Source: Meiothermus sp.
GTDB taxonomy: Bacteria; Deinococcota; Deinococci; Deinococcales; Thermaceae
Length of the DNA stretch: 53,156 bases
Direction: 5' to 3'
NCBI GenBank assembly: GCA_033762915.1
Contig: JANRLD010000033.1
Span: forward strand, 1 to 53,156
The position numbers and the translations under genes are program-made. The notes below the pieces were generated by a model. That model ran no database searches, had not been told where the DNA came from, and saw only the letters and a program-made list of their open reading frames with translations. Shown piece after piece: positions 21,617 through 32,760 of the stretch (the first letter of the stretch is position 1; the number at the start of each line of letters is the position of its first letter).

Positions 21617-22267
21617 ATGGACTTATACCTTGATACCGCTGAGTTGGCCGAGATTCAAGAGATCGCCTCGTGGGGGGTGCTGGCGGGCGTGACCACCAAC
21701 CCCAGCCTGATTGTGAAATCCGGAAGGCCCTTCGAGGCCACCATCAAACAGATCTGCGACATCGTGCAGGGCCCCGTATCTGCTGAGTCCACTGCCCTGA
21801 CGGCACCCGAGATGATTTCCGAGGGCCGTCACCTCGCCGTGATTGATCCCCACGTGGTGGTCAAGCTCCCCACCACCGTTGAGGGCCTGAAAGCCTGCAA
21901 GGTGCTCTCCTCCGAGGGCACCCGCATCAACATGACCCTGGTCTTCAGCGCCAACCAGGCCCTGCTGTGCGCCAAGGCAGGTGCGTGGTGCGTCTCGCCC
22001 TTCCTGGGCCGCCTCGACGACATCAGCTGGGAGGGCATGGATCTGATCAGGGAAATCGCCGAAGTCTACGGCGTGCAGGGCCTCAACACCCGCATCCTGG
22101 CTGCCTCCATCCGTCACCCCCGCCACGTCGCCCAGGCCGCCGCCGCCGGGGCCAACATCGCCACCATGCCCAAGAAGGTCTTCGAGCAACTCATCCGGCA
22201 CCCGCTCACGGACTCCGGCCTCAAGGCCTTTATGGACGACTGGGCGAAGATGGCGGTTACGAAGTAA
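21617..22267 (+). CDS. tal: Transaldolase / fructose-6-phosphate aldolase family
   Basis: 'LYLDTA', 'GVTTNPSL', 'VVKLP', 'SPFLGRLDD', 'AASIRHP' and 'HPLTD'; RBS AAGGAG. Confidence 0.93.
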   Translation: MDLYLDTAELAEIQEIASWGVLAGVTTNPSLIVKSGRPFEATIKQICDIVQGPVSAESTALTAPEMISEGRHLAVIDPHVVVKLPTTVEGLKACKVLSSEGTRINMTLVFSANQALLCAKAGAWCVSPFLGRLDDISWEGMDLIREIAEVYGVQGLNTRILAASIRHPRHVAQAAAAGANIATMPKKVFEQLIRHPLTDSGLKAFMDDWAKMAVTK

Positions 22268-22407
22268 GCGGGGGAGTTGCCGGTTTTTGCATCAAGAGTA
22301 AGGAGTGATCAGAGGGCAGAGGGCAGAGGTCAGTGAAAACCCCCAAACCATATCTTTTGTCTTCGCCGACCACCGACCTCTAATCCCTGACCACTGGAGC
22401 ACCCATA

Positions 22408-23751
22408 ATGGCCAAAACATCCTCCAACCCCACGTTCGAGACCCAAGTGACGGTCACCCGCACCGGGAAACGGGTGCGGCGCAAGACCGAGAGCCAGATG
22501 CCCCTGAGCTATCAGGAGCTTTCTAATCGGATTCTGCCCGAGCTGCACATGCTGGCCTCCGAGGCCGGGATCGCCGATTACAAGAAGCTTTCCAAGGACG
22601 AGCTGGTGATGACCCTGCTCTCGCAGGAGGCTACCGACGAGGGCCTGAACATCGCCAAGGGGTATTTGGAAATCTCCCAGGACGGCTACGGCTTCCTGCA
22701 AGAGAGCCTTTACTCCATAGACTCCCGCTCGGTGATCGTCTCGGCAGGGCTGATCAAGCAGTACCAGTTAAGATCGGGCGACTTCGTGGTGGGCAAGGCC
22801 CGGCCCGCTCGAGAGAACGAGCGTTACGGCACCCTGATGAAGGTCGAGGCGGTCAACAACCTCGACCCCGAGGCCGCCGCCAAGCGCCCCAAGTTTGACG
22901 ACTTAATCCCCCAGTTCCCCGACCGGCAGCTCATCCTCGAGACCACCGGCGAGGAGAACTCCAACCGTGTGATCGACCTTCTGGCCCCTATCGGGCGCGG
23001 GCAGCGCGGCCTGATCGTGGCCCCCCCCAAGGCCGGTAAGACCACCCTCCTCAAGAAAGTGGCCAGGGCCGTGCTGCGCAACGAGCCGGACGTTAAGGTC
23101 ATCGTGCTGCTGATCGACGAGCGCCCCGAGGAGGTGACGGACTTCCGCGAGAGCGTGGACGGGGCCGAGGTGATCGCCTCCACCTTTGACGAGCCGCCGC
23201 AGAACCATATCCGTGTAGCCGAGTTTGTCCACGAGCGTTCGCGCCGAATCGTGGAGGAGGGTGGGCACGTGGTGATCCTCCTGGATTCCATCACCCGACT
23301 GGCGCGTGCAAATAACCTGGTCACCCCCCCGACGGGCCGTACACTCTCGGGAGGGCTGGACTCCGCCGCTCTACACTTCCCCAAACGTTTCCTGGGGGCG
23401 GCCCGTAACATCCGCGGGGGCGGCAGCCTGACCATCCTGGCGACCGCCTTGGTGGAGACCGGTAGCCGGATGGACGACGTGATCTTCGAGGAGTTCAAGG
23501 GAACGGGCAATATGGAGTTGCACCTCAGCCGCCGCCTCGAGGAGCGCCGCATCTTCCCCGCGATTGACATTCTCAAGTCCGGTACGCGCCGAGAGGAACT
23601 GTTATTGGGCGAGGACGTGATTCAGAAGATGTGGCTGCTGCGCAAGGTGCTGGCCGACATGGACCCAGCCGAGGCCATGGAGATGCTTCTGGGCAGGCTT
23701 TCGCGCACCAAAACCAACAAGGAGTTTCTCCAGACCCTGGCCGGAAAGTAA
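22408..23751 (+). CDS. rho: Transcription termination factor Rho
   Basis: 'DGYGFL', 'PIGRGQRGLIVAPPKAGKT', 'LLIDERPEEVTD' and 'SGTRREELL'. Confidence 0.97.
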   Translation: MAKTSSNPTFETQVTVTRTGKRVRRKTESQMPLSYQELSNRILPELHMLASEAGIADYKKLSKDELVMTLLSQEATDEGLNIAKGYLEISQDGYGFLQESLYSIDSRSVIVSAGLIKQYQLRSGDFVVGKARPARENERYGTLMKVEAVNNLDPEAAAKRPKFDDLIPQFPDRQLILETTGEENSNRVIDLLAPIGRGQRGLIVAPPKAGKTTLLKKVARAVLRNEPDVKVIVLLIDERPEEVTDFRESVDGAEVIASTFDEPPQNHIRVAEFVHERSRRIVEEGGHVVILLDSITRLARANNLVTPPTGRTLSGGLDSAALHFPKRFLGAARNIRGGGSLTILATALVETGSRMDDVIFEEFKGTGNMELHLSRRLEERRIFPAIDILKSGTRREELLLGEDVIQKMWLLRKVLADMDPAEAMEMLLGRLSRTKTNKEFLQTLAGK

Positions 23752-23782
23752 ATTAGGACGGGCAAATAACGTCTTAATGTTT
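23752..23782 (+). terminator. Possible terminator hairpin after rho
   Basis: ATTAGGACG-N9-CGTCTTAAT followed by GTTT. Confidence 0.35.
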
Positions 23783-23874
23783 CCAAACGTAACTTGCACC
23801 CCATTCCAATTATTTGGGGTAATGGGTATAGTTACGGCGGAGTTTAGGGGGACACTACCTAGGAGGTCAGAACC

Positions 23875-25119
23875 TTGGCAATCACCGAACTCTTGAGCAG
23901 CGCGCTCGCCACTGGCATCTTGGGGCTTCCTCTCAACTACGCCCAGGCGAACCTGCCGAGCAACGCAGAAATTAACGTAGATGCCCCTTCGCGTAAAGGC
24001 TGGGTCATCTACACTGTCCAATCCGGCGACACCCTCTCCGAGATCGCGCAGCGGTATCGGGTCAGTCCGCGTGACATCATGTACAGCAGCGGGCTCGAGG
24101 GCGTCTCGATAAAGCCCGGCCAGACCCTGCGCATCCCCCTGGTGGATCAGCAGCAGACTGTCGACACCCGCCTGCCTCCCGGAGTGCGCACTTATACCGT
24201 ACGCAGTGGAGATACCGTACAAGCGGTGGCGGCGCGGTTCGACCTGACCGTGCTGGGACTGGTCTCGGCCAACCCTGGCCTCAAGAGCCTCGATCGTCTC
24301 GAGCCCGGCACTACCCTCTACGTTCCCACCGAGATCCCCGGCCTGATCCTGCGCCTCGCCCAGGGACAGACCATCCAGACCCTGGCCACCAAATATGGCC
24401 TCTCGCTGGCTGAGGTGGCCGAGGCCAACGGCCTCACCAACCCCGCCGCCCTCAAGGCGGGCGACCTGGTGTTGCTGCCGGGCGTTCAGGCCCGCACCAC
24501 CTATAACCGCCTGGTTCAGATCCGCGAGGCGGAGGCCAAGGCCCAGGCCGAGGAGGAGCGCCGACTGGCCGCCGAGCGCCGACAGCGCGAAATCCAGCGC
24601 CAGCAGGAGGAAGCCCGTCAGCGCCAGGAGCAGCAGCGCCTCGAGCAGCAACAAGCCCGCCAGCGCCAGCAGCAGGCCCAGGTGCGCCAGCAGGCCCAGG
24701 CCCAGCCCCGGCTGCGCCGTGCCAACGCGGTGGTGGCCGCGGCCGGATACCGCTGGCCGGTGGGCAACTTCGTCATCACCTCTTACTTCGGTCGCCGTGG
24801 GGCCTACCAGCGCTTCCACACCGGCGTCGACCTCGCCGCCCCCTACGGTACCCCCATATACGCCTCGAGGGCCGGTCAGGTCGGAACCGCCGGATGGAGC
24901 CGGGTCGGCTACGGCATCCACGTGATCCTCGACCACGGCCGCTCGGTCGAAACCCTCTATGGGCACATGAGCCGCCTGGTGGTGCGCCCCGGCCAATGGG
25001 TCGAGCGCGGACAACTCATCGGCTACGTTGGCTCGACCGGCTGGAGCACCGGCCCCCACGTACACTTCGAGGTGCGTGTCGGTGGCGCAGCCCGCAACCC
25101 CCTGGCCTATTTGCCTTAA
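23875..25119 (+). CDS. LysM-repeat M23 family peptidoglycan endopeptidase
   Basis: Three LysM-like repeats ('YTVQSGDTLSEIA'), Q/E/R coiled coil, M23 motifs 'HTGVD', 'YGHMS' and 'TGPHVHFE'; TTG start after AGGAGG. Confidence 0.92.
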   Translation: MAITELLSSALATGILGLPLNYAQANLPSNAEINVDAPSRKGWVIYTVQSGDTLSEIAQRYRVSPRDIMYSSGLEGVSIKPGQTLRIPLVDQQQTVDTRLPPGVRTYTVRSGDTVQAVAARFDLTVLGLVSANPGLKSLDRLEPGTTLYVPTEIPGLILRLAQGQTIQTLATKYGLSLAEVAEANGLTNPAALKAGDLVLLPGVQARTTYNRLVQIREAEAKAQAEEERRLAAERRQREIQRQQEEARQRQEQQRLEQQQARQRQQQAQVRQQAQAQPRLRRANAVVAAAGYRWPVGNFVITSYFGRRGAYQRFHTGVDLAAPYGTPIYASRAGQVGTAGWSRVGYGIHVILDHGRSVETLYGHMSRLVVRPGQWVERGQLIGYVGSTGWSTGPHVHFEVRVGGAARNPLAYLP

Positions 25120-25135
25120 GTTGTACCGCGAACCT

Positions 25136-25168
25136 GAGGGCCGCCTGATGGGCGGCTTTCTAGTTTTT
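25136..25168 (+). terminator. Intrinsic terminator after the M23 gene
   Basis: GAGGGCCGCCT-gat-GGGCGGCTTTC then TAGTTTTT. Confidence 0.6.
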
Positions 25169-25200
25169 GAGAGGCGAAGTGGCTGTAGAGAGGACAGATT

Positions 25201-25315
25201 TAAGTTGCGCCAGGGTGGAAGTGCGGAATCGGCGGAAGCGGCAAACACGTGCCTAGCACAATTCCCTGCGGACGTTTCGGGGCGCCATTCTACATTTCAA
25301 CCATGGAGATACTTA
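25201..25315 (+). mobile_element. Modular MITE/BOX-like element, copy 4 (no internal unit)
   Basis: TAAGTTGCGCCAGGGTGGAAGTGCGGAATCGGCGGAAGC...CAACCATGGAGATACTTA. Confidence 0.75.
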
Positions 25316-25424
25316 TCGCGTTTTCCACCATTACCTCTCTCGCGGCGGCAGGTAATGTCCTCCCCTTTCAATCTGATTCCCCCGACAGATTTTCACCCAG
25401 CCCATCCCCTATGATTGTTGGGCT

Positions 25425-26933
25425 ATGACCAACCAGGAAGCTTACCAGTGGCTGCTCGAGGACAGCCGGGAGATCGCATATCTTGAGGCCTTTAGTGGGT
25501 TGGCCCAGTGGGATCAGGCCACCTATATTCCCAAAAAAGGGCACGAACACCGGGCCATCATGCTGGCCACCATGGCCAAGCTGCTGCATCAGCGCCGAAC
25601 TCACCCCAAAATCGGAGAGATGCTCGCCAAGCTCGAGGGTGGCGAGCTGACCAAGGACCCGCTCTCGGTCGAGGCCGTCAACATCCGCGAGTGGCGCCGG
25701 GCCTACGACCTCCAGACCAAAATTCCCGAGCGTCTGGCGGTGGAGTTGGCCCAGGCCACCAGCGAGGGACAGTCGGTGTGGGAGGAGGCCCGACCCAAGA
25801 ACGACTGGGCGAGCTTCAGGCCGGTATTGGAGCGCATCCTCAAGCTGACCCGAGAGGCGGCCGACGCCATCGGCTACAAGGACGAGCGCTACGACGCGCT
25901 GCTGGGGCAGTACGAGGTCGGGGCAACGGCCAAGCAGGTCGAGGCGGTGTTTAAGGAGGTGCGGGTCGCCACAGTTGACCTTCTGCGGCGGATCCAGGGT
26001 AGCTCGAGGCGGCCGGATACCTCGGTGCTGCACCGGCACTTCCCCAAGGCCGGCCAGGAGGCCCTGGGGAAGGAAGTCATCGAGAAGATCGGCTTCGACC
26101 TGGCGGGGGGGCGGCTGGACGTGGTAGCCCACCCCTTCATGCAGGGCGTCGCGCCCGGCGACGTGCGCCTAACCACCCGCTACTATGAGGACTTCTTCAA
26201 CCCGGCCTTCTTCGGCACGGTTCACGAGATGGGCCACGGGGTGTATGGCCAGGGGCTGCTGCCCGAGCACTTCGGCACCCCCATGGGCACGGAAATCTCG
26301 CTGGGCATTCACGAGTCGCAGAGTCGCACTTGGGAGAATATCGTCGGGCGCAGCCTGGGCTTCTGGCGCTTCTTCTGGCCCAGGGCACAGGCCCACCTCG
26401 AGGCCTTCCGCGACGTGAAGCTCGAGGACTTCCACTTCGCCATCAACGAAGTCAAGCCCAGCCTTATTCGGATTGAGGCCGATGAGGTAACCTACAACCT
26501 CCACATCATGATCCGCTTCGAACTCGAGCTGGCCCTGCTACGGGGCGAACTCGAGGTAGCCGACGCGCCGGAAGCCTGGGACGCCAAGTACAAAGAGTAC
26601 CTGGGCATCTCCGCGCCTGAGATCGCCAACGGGGTGATGCAGGACGTTCACTGGAGCGCAGGCCTGATCGGCTACTTCCCCACCTACAGCCTGGGCAACC
26701 TTTACGGCGCGCAGCTCTTCGTGCAGGCTGAGAAGGACTTGGGAGCGCTCGAGCCCCAGTTCGAGCAGGGCGAGTTCGCGCCGCTGCTGAACTGGACGCG
26801 GGAGAAAATCCACCGCCAGGGCAGCCGGTACTGGCCCAGGGGTCTGCTCAAAAACATCACCGGTGAGGACTTAAACCCGCAGTACCTGGTGAGTTACCTC
26901 AACAAAAAGTACGGCGAACTGTACGGAGTTTAG
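25425..26933 (+). CDS. Carboxypeptidase M32 (Taq-like)
   Basis: HEXXH 'HEMGH', 'HPF', 'HESQS', 'IRIEADE', 'QDVHW' and 'GYFPTY'. Confidence 0.95.
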   Translation: MTNQEAYQWLLEDSREIAYLEAFSGLAQWDQATYIPKKGHEHRAIMLATMAKLLHQRRTHPKIGEMLAKLEGGELTKDPLSVEAVNIREWRRAYDLQTKIPERLAVELAQATSEGQSVWEEARPKNDWASFRPVLERILKLTREAADAIGYKDERYDALLGQYEVGATAKQVEAVFKEVRVATVDLLRRIQGSSRRPDTSVLHRHFPKAGQEALGKEVIEKIGFDLAGGRLDVVAHPFMQGVAPGDVRLTTRYYEDFFNPAFFGTVHEMGHGVYGQGLLPEHFGTPMGTEISLGIHESQSRTWENIVGRSLGFWRFFWPRAQAHLEAFRDVKLEDFHFAINEVKPSLIRIEADEVTYNLHIMIRFELELALLRGELEVADAPEAWDAKYKEYLGISAPEIANGVMQDVHWSAGLIGYFPTYSLGNLYGAQLFVQAEKDLGALEPQFEQGEFAPLLNWTREKIHRQGSRYWPRGLLKNITGEDLNPQYLVSYLNKKYGELYGV

Positions 26934-27523
26934 AGCGGACTCTATCAATGGCTCGGCAAAAACCTTGGATCTGAAATATCTTCCCCGCCGGATATTCGGG
27001 GTGCGGAGTTACGGGAATCTGGCGGCGAACTGTTTTTAGGGGTGCGCGGCCCGGTGCGCCTTCGACACCGGGCCACTCGAGGCGTACCGGGCCTGGGAGA
27101 ACCGGGTGATGCGGCTACCGGCACCCTCAGCGAACCTTGGGTTATCACTGTTCCCGAGGGGGCGGAGCAGGAGGCAGGAGTCTGGCGCAGCGTCAGGGGA
27201 GCGTCAAGCGAGCGGGCTTCGGCGGCAACAGTGTCCCAAGCAACCACAGGCGTACACTCGGGTGAGCTTGATGGGCTCGAGCAGCTCAGGACAACTGCCG
27301 CCCCTTTGTAATTGGCAGAAGATTAACATCCCACTATGTAACAATCCAATTGTAGGGTCATTGGCATTTCTGGAAGTTTGCCTTTCTTATACTTTTTCCT
27401 GATTCCGAGCCTCGCAAAGCCTTAACCGTAGCCCTCGGAAAAGCCTGAGTGGGGTGTTTCGCAGACCCCGGCAAAACGGTAAGATACTGCGGAAAGTTTG
27501 ATCGTCTAGGGTTTCGGCAAGGC

Positions 27524-27541
27524 TCGTGAACTCTGGCACAA
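27524..27541 (+). promoter_or_regulatory. Candidate Rex operator upstream of nuoA
   Basis: TCGTGAA-CTCT-GGCACAA matches 11/14 of TTGTGAA-N4-TTCACAA, just before the nuoA RBS. Confidence 0.45.
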
Positions 27542-27557
27542 GGGAAAGGGAGGCGAA

Positions 27558-27917
27558 GTGGCACCTGTTTCGGAATATCTGGCTCTACTGATTTATCTCG
27601 CCGTGGCAGTGGGGATCGCGGTGCTGGCGGTGGTGGTGGGGGCGGTGCTCGGCCCCAAGAAGCCCAGCCGCACCAAGCTGATCGCCTACGAATCGGGCAA
27701 CGACCCGGCGGGCGAGGTCAAGCGCTTCCCGGTTCACTTCTACGCGGTGGCCATGCTCTTCATCATCTTCGACGTGGAGGTGGCCTTCCTGTGGCCCTAC
27801 GCGGTCAGCGCTGGGAGCGTCGGCGTGATCGGCTTCTGGGGTCTGATCGTCTTCACCGTGCTGCTGTTCGTGGGCTTTTTGTACGAGTGGTACAAGGGCG
27901 TGATGAAGTGGCACTAA
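27558..27917 (+). CDS. nuoA: NADH-quinone oxidoreductase subunit A (Nqo7)
   Basis: 'YESGNDP' and 'FIIFDVEVAFLWPYA'. Confidence 0.95.
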   Translation: MAPVSEYLALLIYLAVAVGIAVLAVVVGAVLGPKKPSRTKLIAYESGNDPAGEVKRFPVHFYAVAMLFIIFDVEVAFLWPYAVSAGSVGVIGFWGLIVFTVLLFVGFLYEWYKGVMKWH

Positions 27918-28009
27918 ACGTCGAGCGTCGAGCGTCGAGCGGCGTACGCCTTGGAGTTTGCGTTCGACGTATTGGCGTATGCACGTACGACATCCCCGGA
28001 GGGAACTAA

Positions 28010-28549
<540 letters not shown>

Positions 28550-28627
28550 GCTTCTGGCCAGCGGCCTGTAGCCAGTGGAAAACCCACCCGCCGCAAGCCG
28601 CCGGCCACAAGCCACCAGCGAGGTTTT

Positions 28628-29251
28628 ATGCTTAGACTGATCCACTTGAAAGATCAGGCCCGCGCCAAGGGCTGGGCGCTGGAGGAAGGCCACGGGAGCA
28701 CCTGGATTTCGCTGCCCCGCGGCGAGTTTAAGGCCACCGTGGCCGACCTCAAGCAGGGGGGTTGGAACTACCTGGCCGACATCGTGGGGATCGACTACCT
28801 GACCTACCCCCAGAGGAAGGCCGAGCGCTTCTGCGTGGTTTACGAACTGGTCTCGCTGCCCGGCTATAAGGACGGCGACGGCAGCCGGGTCTTTCTGCGG
28901 GTCTTCGTGCCCGAGTCCGACCCCGCCCTCCCTACCCTGACCGACCTCTGGATGGGCGCCGACTTCCTCGAGCGCGAGGTCTACGACCTGCTGGGCGTCC
29001 GCTTCGAGGGCCACCCCGACCTTAGGAAGATCCTCACCCCCGAAGACCTCGAGGGCCACCCCCTGCGCAAGGACTTTCCCCTGGGCGAGACCCCCACCCT
29101 CTTCAAGGAGGGCCGCTTCATTGACCCCGACGCCTTCCGGGCCGGCCTTTCTGGGGACCGCAGCGGCATGACTGGCTGGCGGGGCGGGTCGCGCAAGGGA
29201 TATCAGGACGTGGTCGACGAAGTGCAGAAGGTGAACAAGGGGGGGAACTGA
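28628..29251 (+). CDS. nuoC: NADH-quinone oxidoreductase subunit C (Nqo5)
   Basis: '[22 protein letters not shown]...GHPLRKDFP'. Confidence 0.96.
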   Translation: MLRLIHLKDQARAKGWALEEGHGSTWISLPRGEFKATVADLKQGGWNYLADIVGIDYLTYPQRKAERFCVVYELVSLPGYKDGDGSRVFLRVFVPESDPALPTLTDLWMGADFLEREVYDLLGVRFEGHPDLRKILTPEDLEGHPLRKDFPLGETPTLFKEGRFIDPDAFRAGLSGDRSGMTGWRGGSRKGYQDVVDEVQKVNKGGN

Positions 29252-29351
29252 TGAGCATGCTGTCGCAGGGCGCAAGCCGGACGTTGCGAGTCAAACCTTG
29301 CCTGAGGCCCGCGATCCGGGGCCCGCGACCCCAGACCGCCGGAGGCGCACG

Positions 29352-30599
29352 ATGACTAAAGACCCCCGCAACGTCCACAGCCCCTCCGTCGAGGCGTACG
29401 ACATCGCCGACGCGCCGGAGCTGAACTCGGAAGTCATGACCCTAAACGTGGGGCCGCAGCACCCCTCGACGCACGGCGTCTTGCGCGTGGTGGTCGACCT
29501 CTCGGGCGAGCAAATTCTCCGCCTGACGCCGCACCTCGGCTACCTGCACACCGGTTTCGAGAAGAACATGGAGAACCGGACGTATACCCAGTGCATCACG
29601 TATACGCCGCGCATGGACTACCTGCACAGCTTCAGCCATGACCTGGCCTACGCGCTGTCGGTTGAGAAGCTGGTGGGGGCCGAGGTGCCGATGCGGGCCC
29701 AGACCATCCGCATCCTGCTTAACGAGATGTCGCGCATCGCCAGCCACCTGGTTTTCCTGGGTACCGGGATGCTGGACTTCGGGGCCCTGACCCCGTTCTT
29801 CTACGCCTTCCGCGAGCGCGAGGCGGTGCTCGACCTCTTCGAGTGGGTTTCGGGCCAGCGCTTCCATCACAACTACATCCGCGTCGGAGGGCTTAAGGAA
29901 GACCTGCCGGCCGAGTTTCTGGGTGAGGTCAAGAAGTTCCTGGCTCAGATGCCCGCCCGCATCGACGAGTACGAGGCGCTGTTTAGGGAAAGCCCCATCT
30001 TCTACGAGAGGGCCAAGGGCGTGTCGGTCATCACCCCCGAGGCCGCGCTGAGCCTCTCGCTCACCGGCGGCAGCCTGCGGGCCTCGGGCGTCGGCTACGA
30101 CGTGCGCAAGGCCTACCCCTACGCGGGATACGAGACCTACAGCTTCGACGTGCCGGTGATGTACGGCGGCGACATTTACGACCGCATGGTGATCCGCATC
30201 CTGGAGATGCGCGAGTCGGTCAAGATCATTAGGCAGGCTGTGGAGCGCCTCGAGGCCATCGGGGCCGGCCCCATTCGCGACCCCAACCCGCAGGTCTCGC
30301 TGCCGCCCCGTGAGCTGCTTGAGACCAGCATGGAGGCCGTGATCTATCACTTCAAGCTCGTCACCGAGGGCTTCCACCCTGCGCCCGGCGAGGTCTACGT
30401 GCCCACCGAGAGCGCGCGCGGCGAGCTGGGCTACTACATTATCTCCGACGGCGGCTCGATGCCCTACCGGGTGAAGGTACGCGCGCCCAGCTTCGTCAAC
30501 CTGCAAAGCCTCTCTTACGCCTCCAAGGGCGTGCAGATGGCCGACATGGTGGTGGTAATCGCCTCGCTCGACCCGGTGATGGGCGACGTGGACAGGTAA
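29352..30599 (+). CDS. nuoD: NADH-quinone oxidoreductase subunit D (Nqo4)
   Basis: '[14 protein letters not shown]', 'RMDYL', C-terminal 'DPVMGDVDR'; ATG after GGAGG. Confidence 0.96.
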   Translation: MTKDPRNVHSPSVEAYDIADAPELNSEVMTLNVGPQHPSTHGVLRVVVDLSGEQILRLTPHLGYLHTGFEKNMENRTYTQCITYTPRMDYLHSFSHDLAYALSVEKLVGAEVPMRAQTIRILLNEMSRIASHLVFLGTGMLDFGALTPFFYAFREREAVLDLFEWVSGQRFHHNYIRVGGLKEDLPAEFLGEVKKFLAQMPARIDEYEALFRESPIFYERAKGVSVITPEAALSLSLTGGSLRASGVGYDVRKAYPYAGYETYSFDVPVMYGGDIYDRMVIRILEMRESVKIIRQAVERLEAIGAGPIRDPNPQVSLPPRELLETSMEAVIYHFKLVTEGFHPAPGEVYVPTESARGELGYYIISDGGSMPYRVKVRAPSFVNLQSLSYASKGVQMADMVVVIASLDPVMGDVDR

Positions 30600-30611
30600 C
30601 GGTGGTGATGA

Positions 30612-31163
30612 ATGGGATTCTTTGACGACAAGAAGGATTGGCTCGAGGGCGTCTTCGCCCGGTACCCCGAGCGCCGGGCGGCCCTGATGCCGCTGCTGCG
30701 CCGCGCCCAGCAGGACAACGGCTGGATTTCCCCCGATATTCAGGAGGAGATTGGTCAACTGGTGGGCACCACCGCGACCGAGGTGGCGGGGGTGATGAGC
30801 TTTTACAGCTACTACCAGGCCCTGCCGACCGGCAAGTATCACCTGCAGGTGTGTGCCACCCTGAGCTGCGCCATCGGTGGGGCCGACGAGCTGTGGGACG
30901 AGTTGGTCGACGAACTGCAAATCCTGCGCGGCGACGTGAGCGACGACGGCCTGTTCAGCATTCAGAAGGTCGAGTGCCTGGGCAGCTGTCACACCGCCCC
31001 AGTGGTGCAGATCAACGACGAGCCCTACGTCGAGTGCGTCACCAAGGCCCGGCTGCACGCCCTGCTGGCCGGCCTGCGGGCGGGGAAGAGCCTCGAGGAG
31101 ATCGGCCTGCCTGGAAAGGCGGGCCATGTGGTGCATAACCGTGGCGACGAGGTGGGTGCATGA
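30612..31163 (+). CDS. nuoE: NADH-quinone oxidoreductase subunit E (Nqo2)
   Basis: N1a ligands 'CATLSC...ECLGSC'. Confidence 0.96.
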   Translation: MGFFDDKKDWLEGVFARYPERRAALMPLLRRAQQDNGWISPDIQEEIGQLVGTTATEVAGVMSFYSYYQALPTGKYHLQVCATLSCAIGGADELWDELVDELQILRGDVSDDGLFSIQKVECLGSCHTAPVVQINDEPYVECVTKARLHALLAGLRAGKSLEEIGLPGKAGHVVHNRGDEVGA

Positions 31164-32482
31164 GTGAAACCGGGCCAATTGTTTCGGGTAAGGACTCGAG
31201 GTTCGAGCCGACGCTCTACAAGTATGTCGGCGTGGACAAGTCGTGGACGCTGGATTTTTATCTTTCGCACGGCGGCTACGAGGCCATAAAAAAGGCCATC
31301 TCGATGGGGCAGGACGCTGTCATCGACGAGGTCAAGAAGTCGGGGCTGCGCGGGCGCGGGGGGGCGGGCTTCCCCACGGGCCTAAAGTGGAGCTTCATGC
31401 CCAAGAATACCGGCAAGCAGCACTACATCGCTTGCAACGCCGACGAGAGCGAGCCGGGGAGCTTCAAAGACCGCTATCTGATGGAGGACGACCCCCACCA
31501 GCTCCTCGAGGGCATGATGATCGCGGGCCTGGCCATCCAGGCCACCAAGGGCTCCATCTACATTCGCGGCGAGTATAAGCGGGCCTACGACCGGCTGGAG
31601 GCCGCCCGTGATGAGGCCAGGGCTAGGGGCTACCTGGGCAAGGGCCTGTTCGGCTCTAGCTTCGAGTTCGACGTAGAGATCCACCGGGGGGCCGGGGCCT
31701 ACATCTGCGGCGAAGAGACCGCCATGATGAATAGCCTCGAGGGCCTGCGTGCCAACCCCCGCATGAAGCCGCCCTTCCCCGCCCAGGCCGGCCTGTGGGG
31801 CAAGCCCACCACCATCAACAATGTGGAGTCGCTGTGTTCGAGCGTCCACATTATCCAGCGCGGCGCGGCCTGGTTCGCGGGCATGGGCACCGAGAAGTCC
31901 AAGGGCCACAAGCTGTTCCAGGTCAGCGGCCCCTTCAAGCGGCCCGGGGTTTACGAGCTGCCGCTGGGCACCACCTTCCGCGAACTGCTATTTGACCACG
32001 CGGGAGGCCCCACTGAGCCGATCCAGGCCATCATCCCGGGCGGCTCCTCCTGCCCACCGCTGCCCTGGACGGACGAAATCCTCGACACCCCGATGGACTA
32101 CGAGTCCATCACAGCCAAAGGCTCGCTCCTGGGCACGGGCGGGGTGATCGGGATTCCCACCCGCATGAGCATGGTGGACGCGATGTGGAACATCACCCGC
32201 TTCTACGGCCACGAGTCCTGCGGCAAGTGCACCCCCTGCCGCGAGGGCGTGTCCGGCTGGATGGTCGGCCTGTTCGAGAAGATCGGCACTGGCCAGGGCA
32301 AGAAGGGCGACGTCGAGCTGCTCGAGGACATGCTCAACCAGATCGAGGGCCGCTCCTTCTGCGCGCTGGCGGACGCGGCTTGCTGGCCGGTGCGCGGTTC
32401 GCTCAAGCACTTCCGCAGCCAGTTTGTCGAGGCCGTCGAGGGCGGCAAGGCGCTCGAGCGGGCCGGGAGCCATTGGGGGTAA
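31160..32482 (+). CDS. nuoF: NADH-quinone oxidoreductase subunit F (Nqo1)
   Basis: '[10 protein letters not shown]', 'NADESEPG', '[12 protein letters not shown]' and '[12 protein letters not shown]'. Confidence 0.97.
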   Translation: MSETGPIVSGKDSRFEPTLYKYVGVDKSWTLDFYLSHGGYEAIKKAISMGQDAVIDEVKKSGLRGRGGAGFPTGLKWSFMPKNTGKQHYIACNADESEPGSFKDRYLMEDDPHQLLEGMMIAGLAIQATKGSIYIRGEYKRAYDRLEAARDEARARGYLGKGLFGSSFEFDVEIHRGAGAYICGEETAMMNSLEGLRANPRMKPPFPAQAGLWGKPTTINNVESLCSSVHIIQRGAAWFAGMGTEKSKGHKLFQVSGPFKRPGVYELPLGTTFRELLFDHAGGPTEPIQAIIPGGSSCPPLPWTDEILDTPMDYESITAKGSLLGTGGVIGIPTRMSMVDAMWNITRFYGHESCGKCTPCREGVSGWMVGLFEKIGTGQGKKGDVELLEDMLNQIEGRSFCALADAACWPVRGSLKHFRSQFVEAVEGGKALERAGSHWG

Positions 32483-32760
32483 CTCGAATGATGCTCTCCG
32501 AGTCTTTGGTGTGTGCGGCCGGCGCTTCGTGCGGGGACTTTCCCGGCCGCAGCCTTCGTCGCGTCGATGGCCCCTGTGCACCGGTTGTCCGGCCGCTCTG
32601 GATTGGCCCTGCAACAAGACTTCGCAAGAGAGCCGAACCCCAATGTTCGAACGAGCGAAAGGAGCCTGTGCGCCACGCGGCCGGAACACAAAAGTCTAAA
32701 TCGAACCGATCGGTTTTTGGATTTATGGTTGTGGTCGCTGCGTGGCGCTAGCGAGGTGAT

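Noticed and set aside
24530..24710. CAG-rich low-complexity tract
   Set aside because: Encodes an ordinary Q/E/R coiled-coil linker of the M23 peptidase.
23602..25248. 548-aa minus-strand ORF
   Set aside because: Shadow of the LysM/M23 gene.
26945..27402. Short ORFs upstream of nuoA
   Set aside because: No RBS, motif or coding-like composition to support them.
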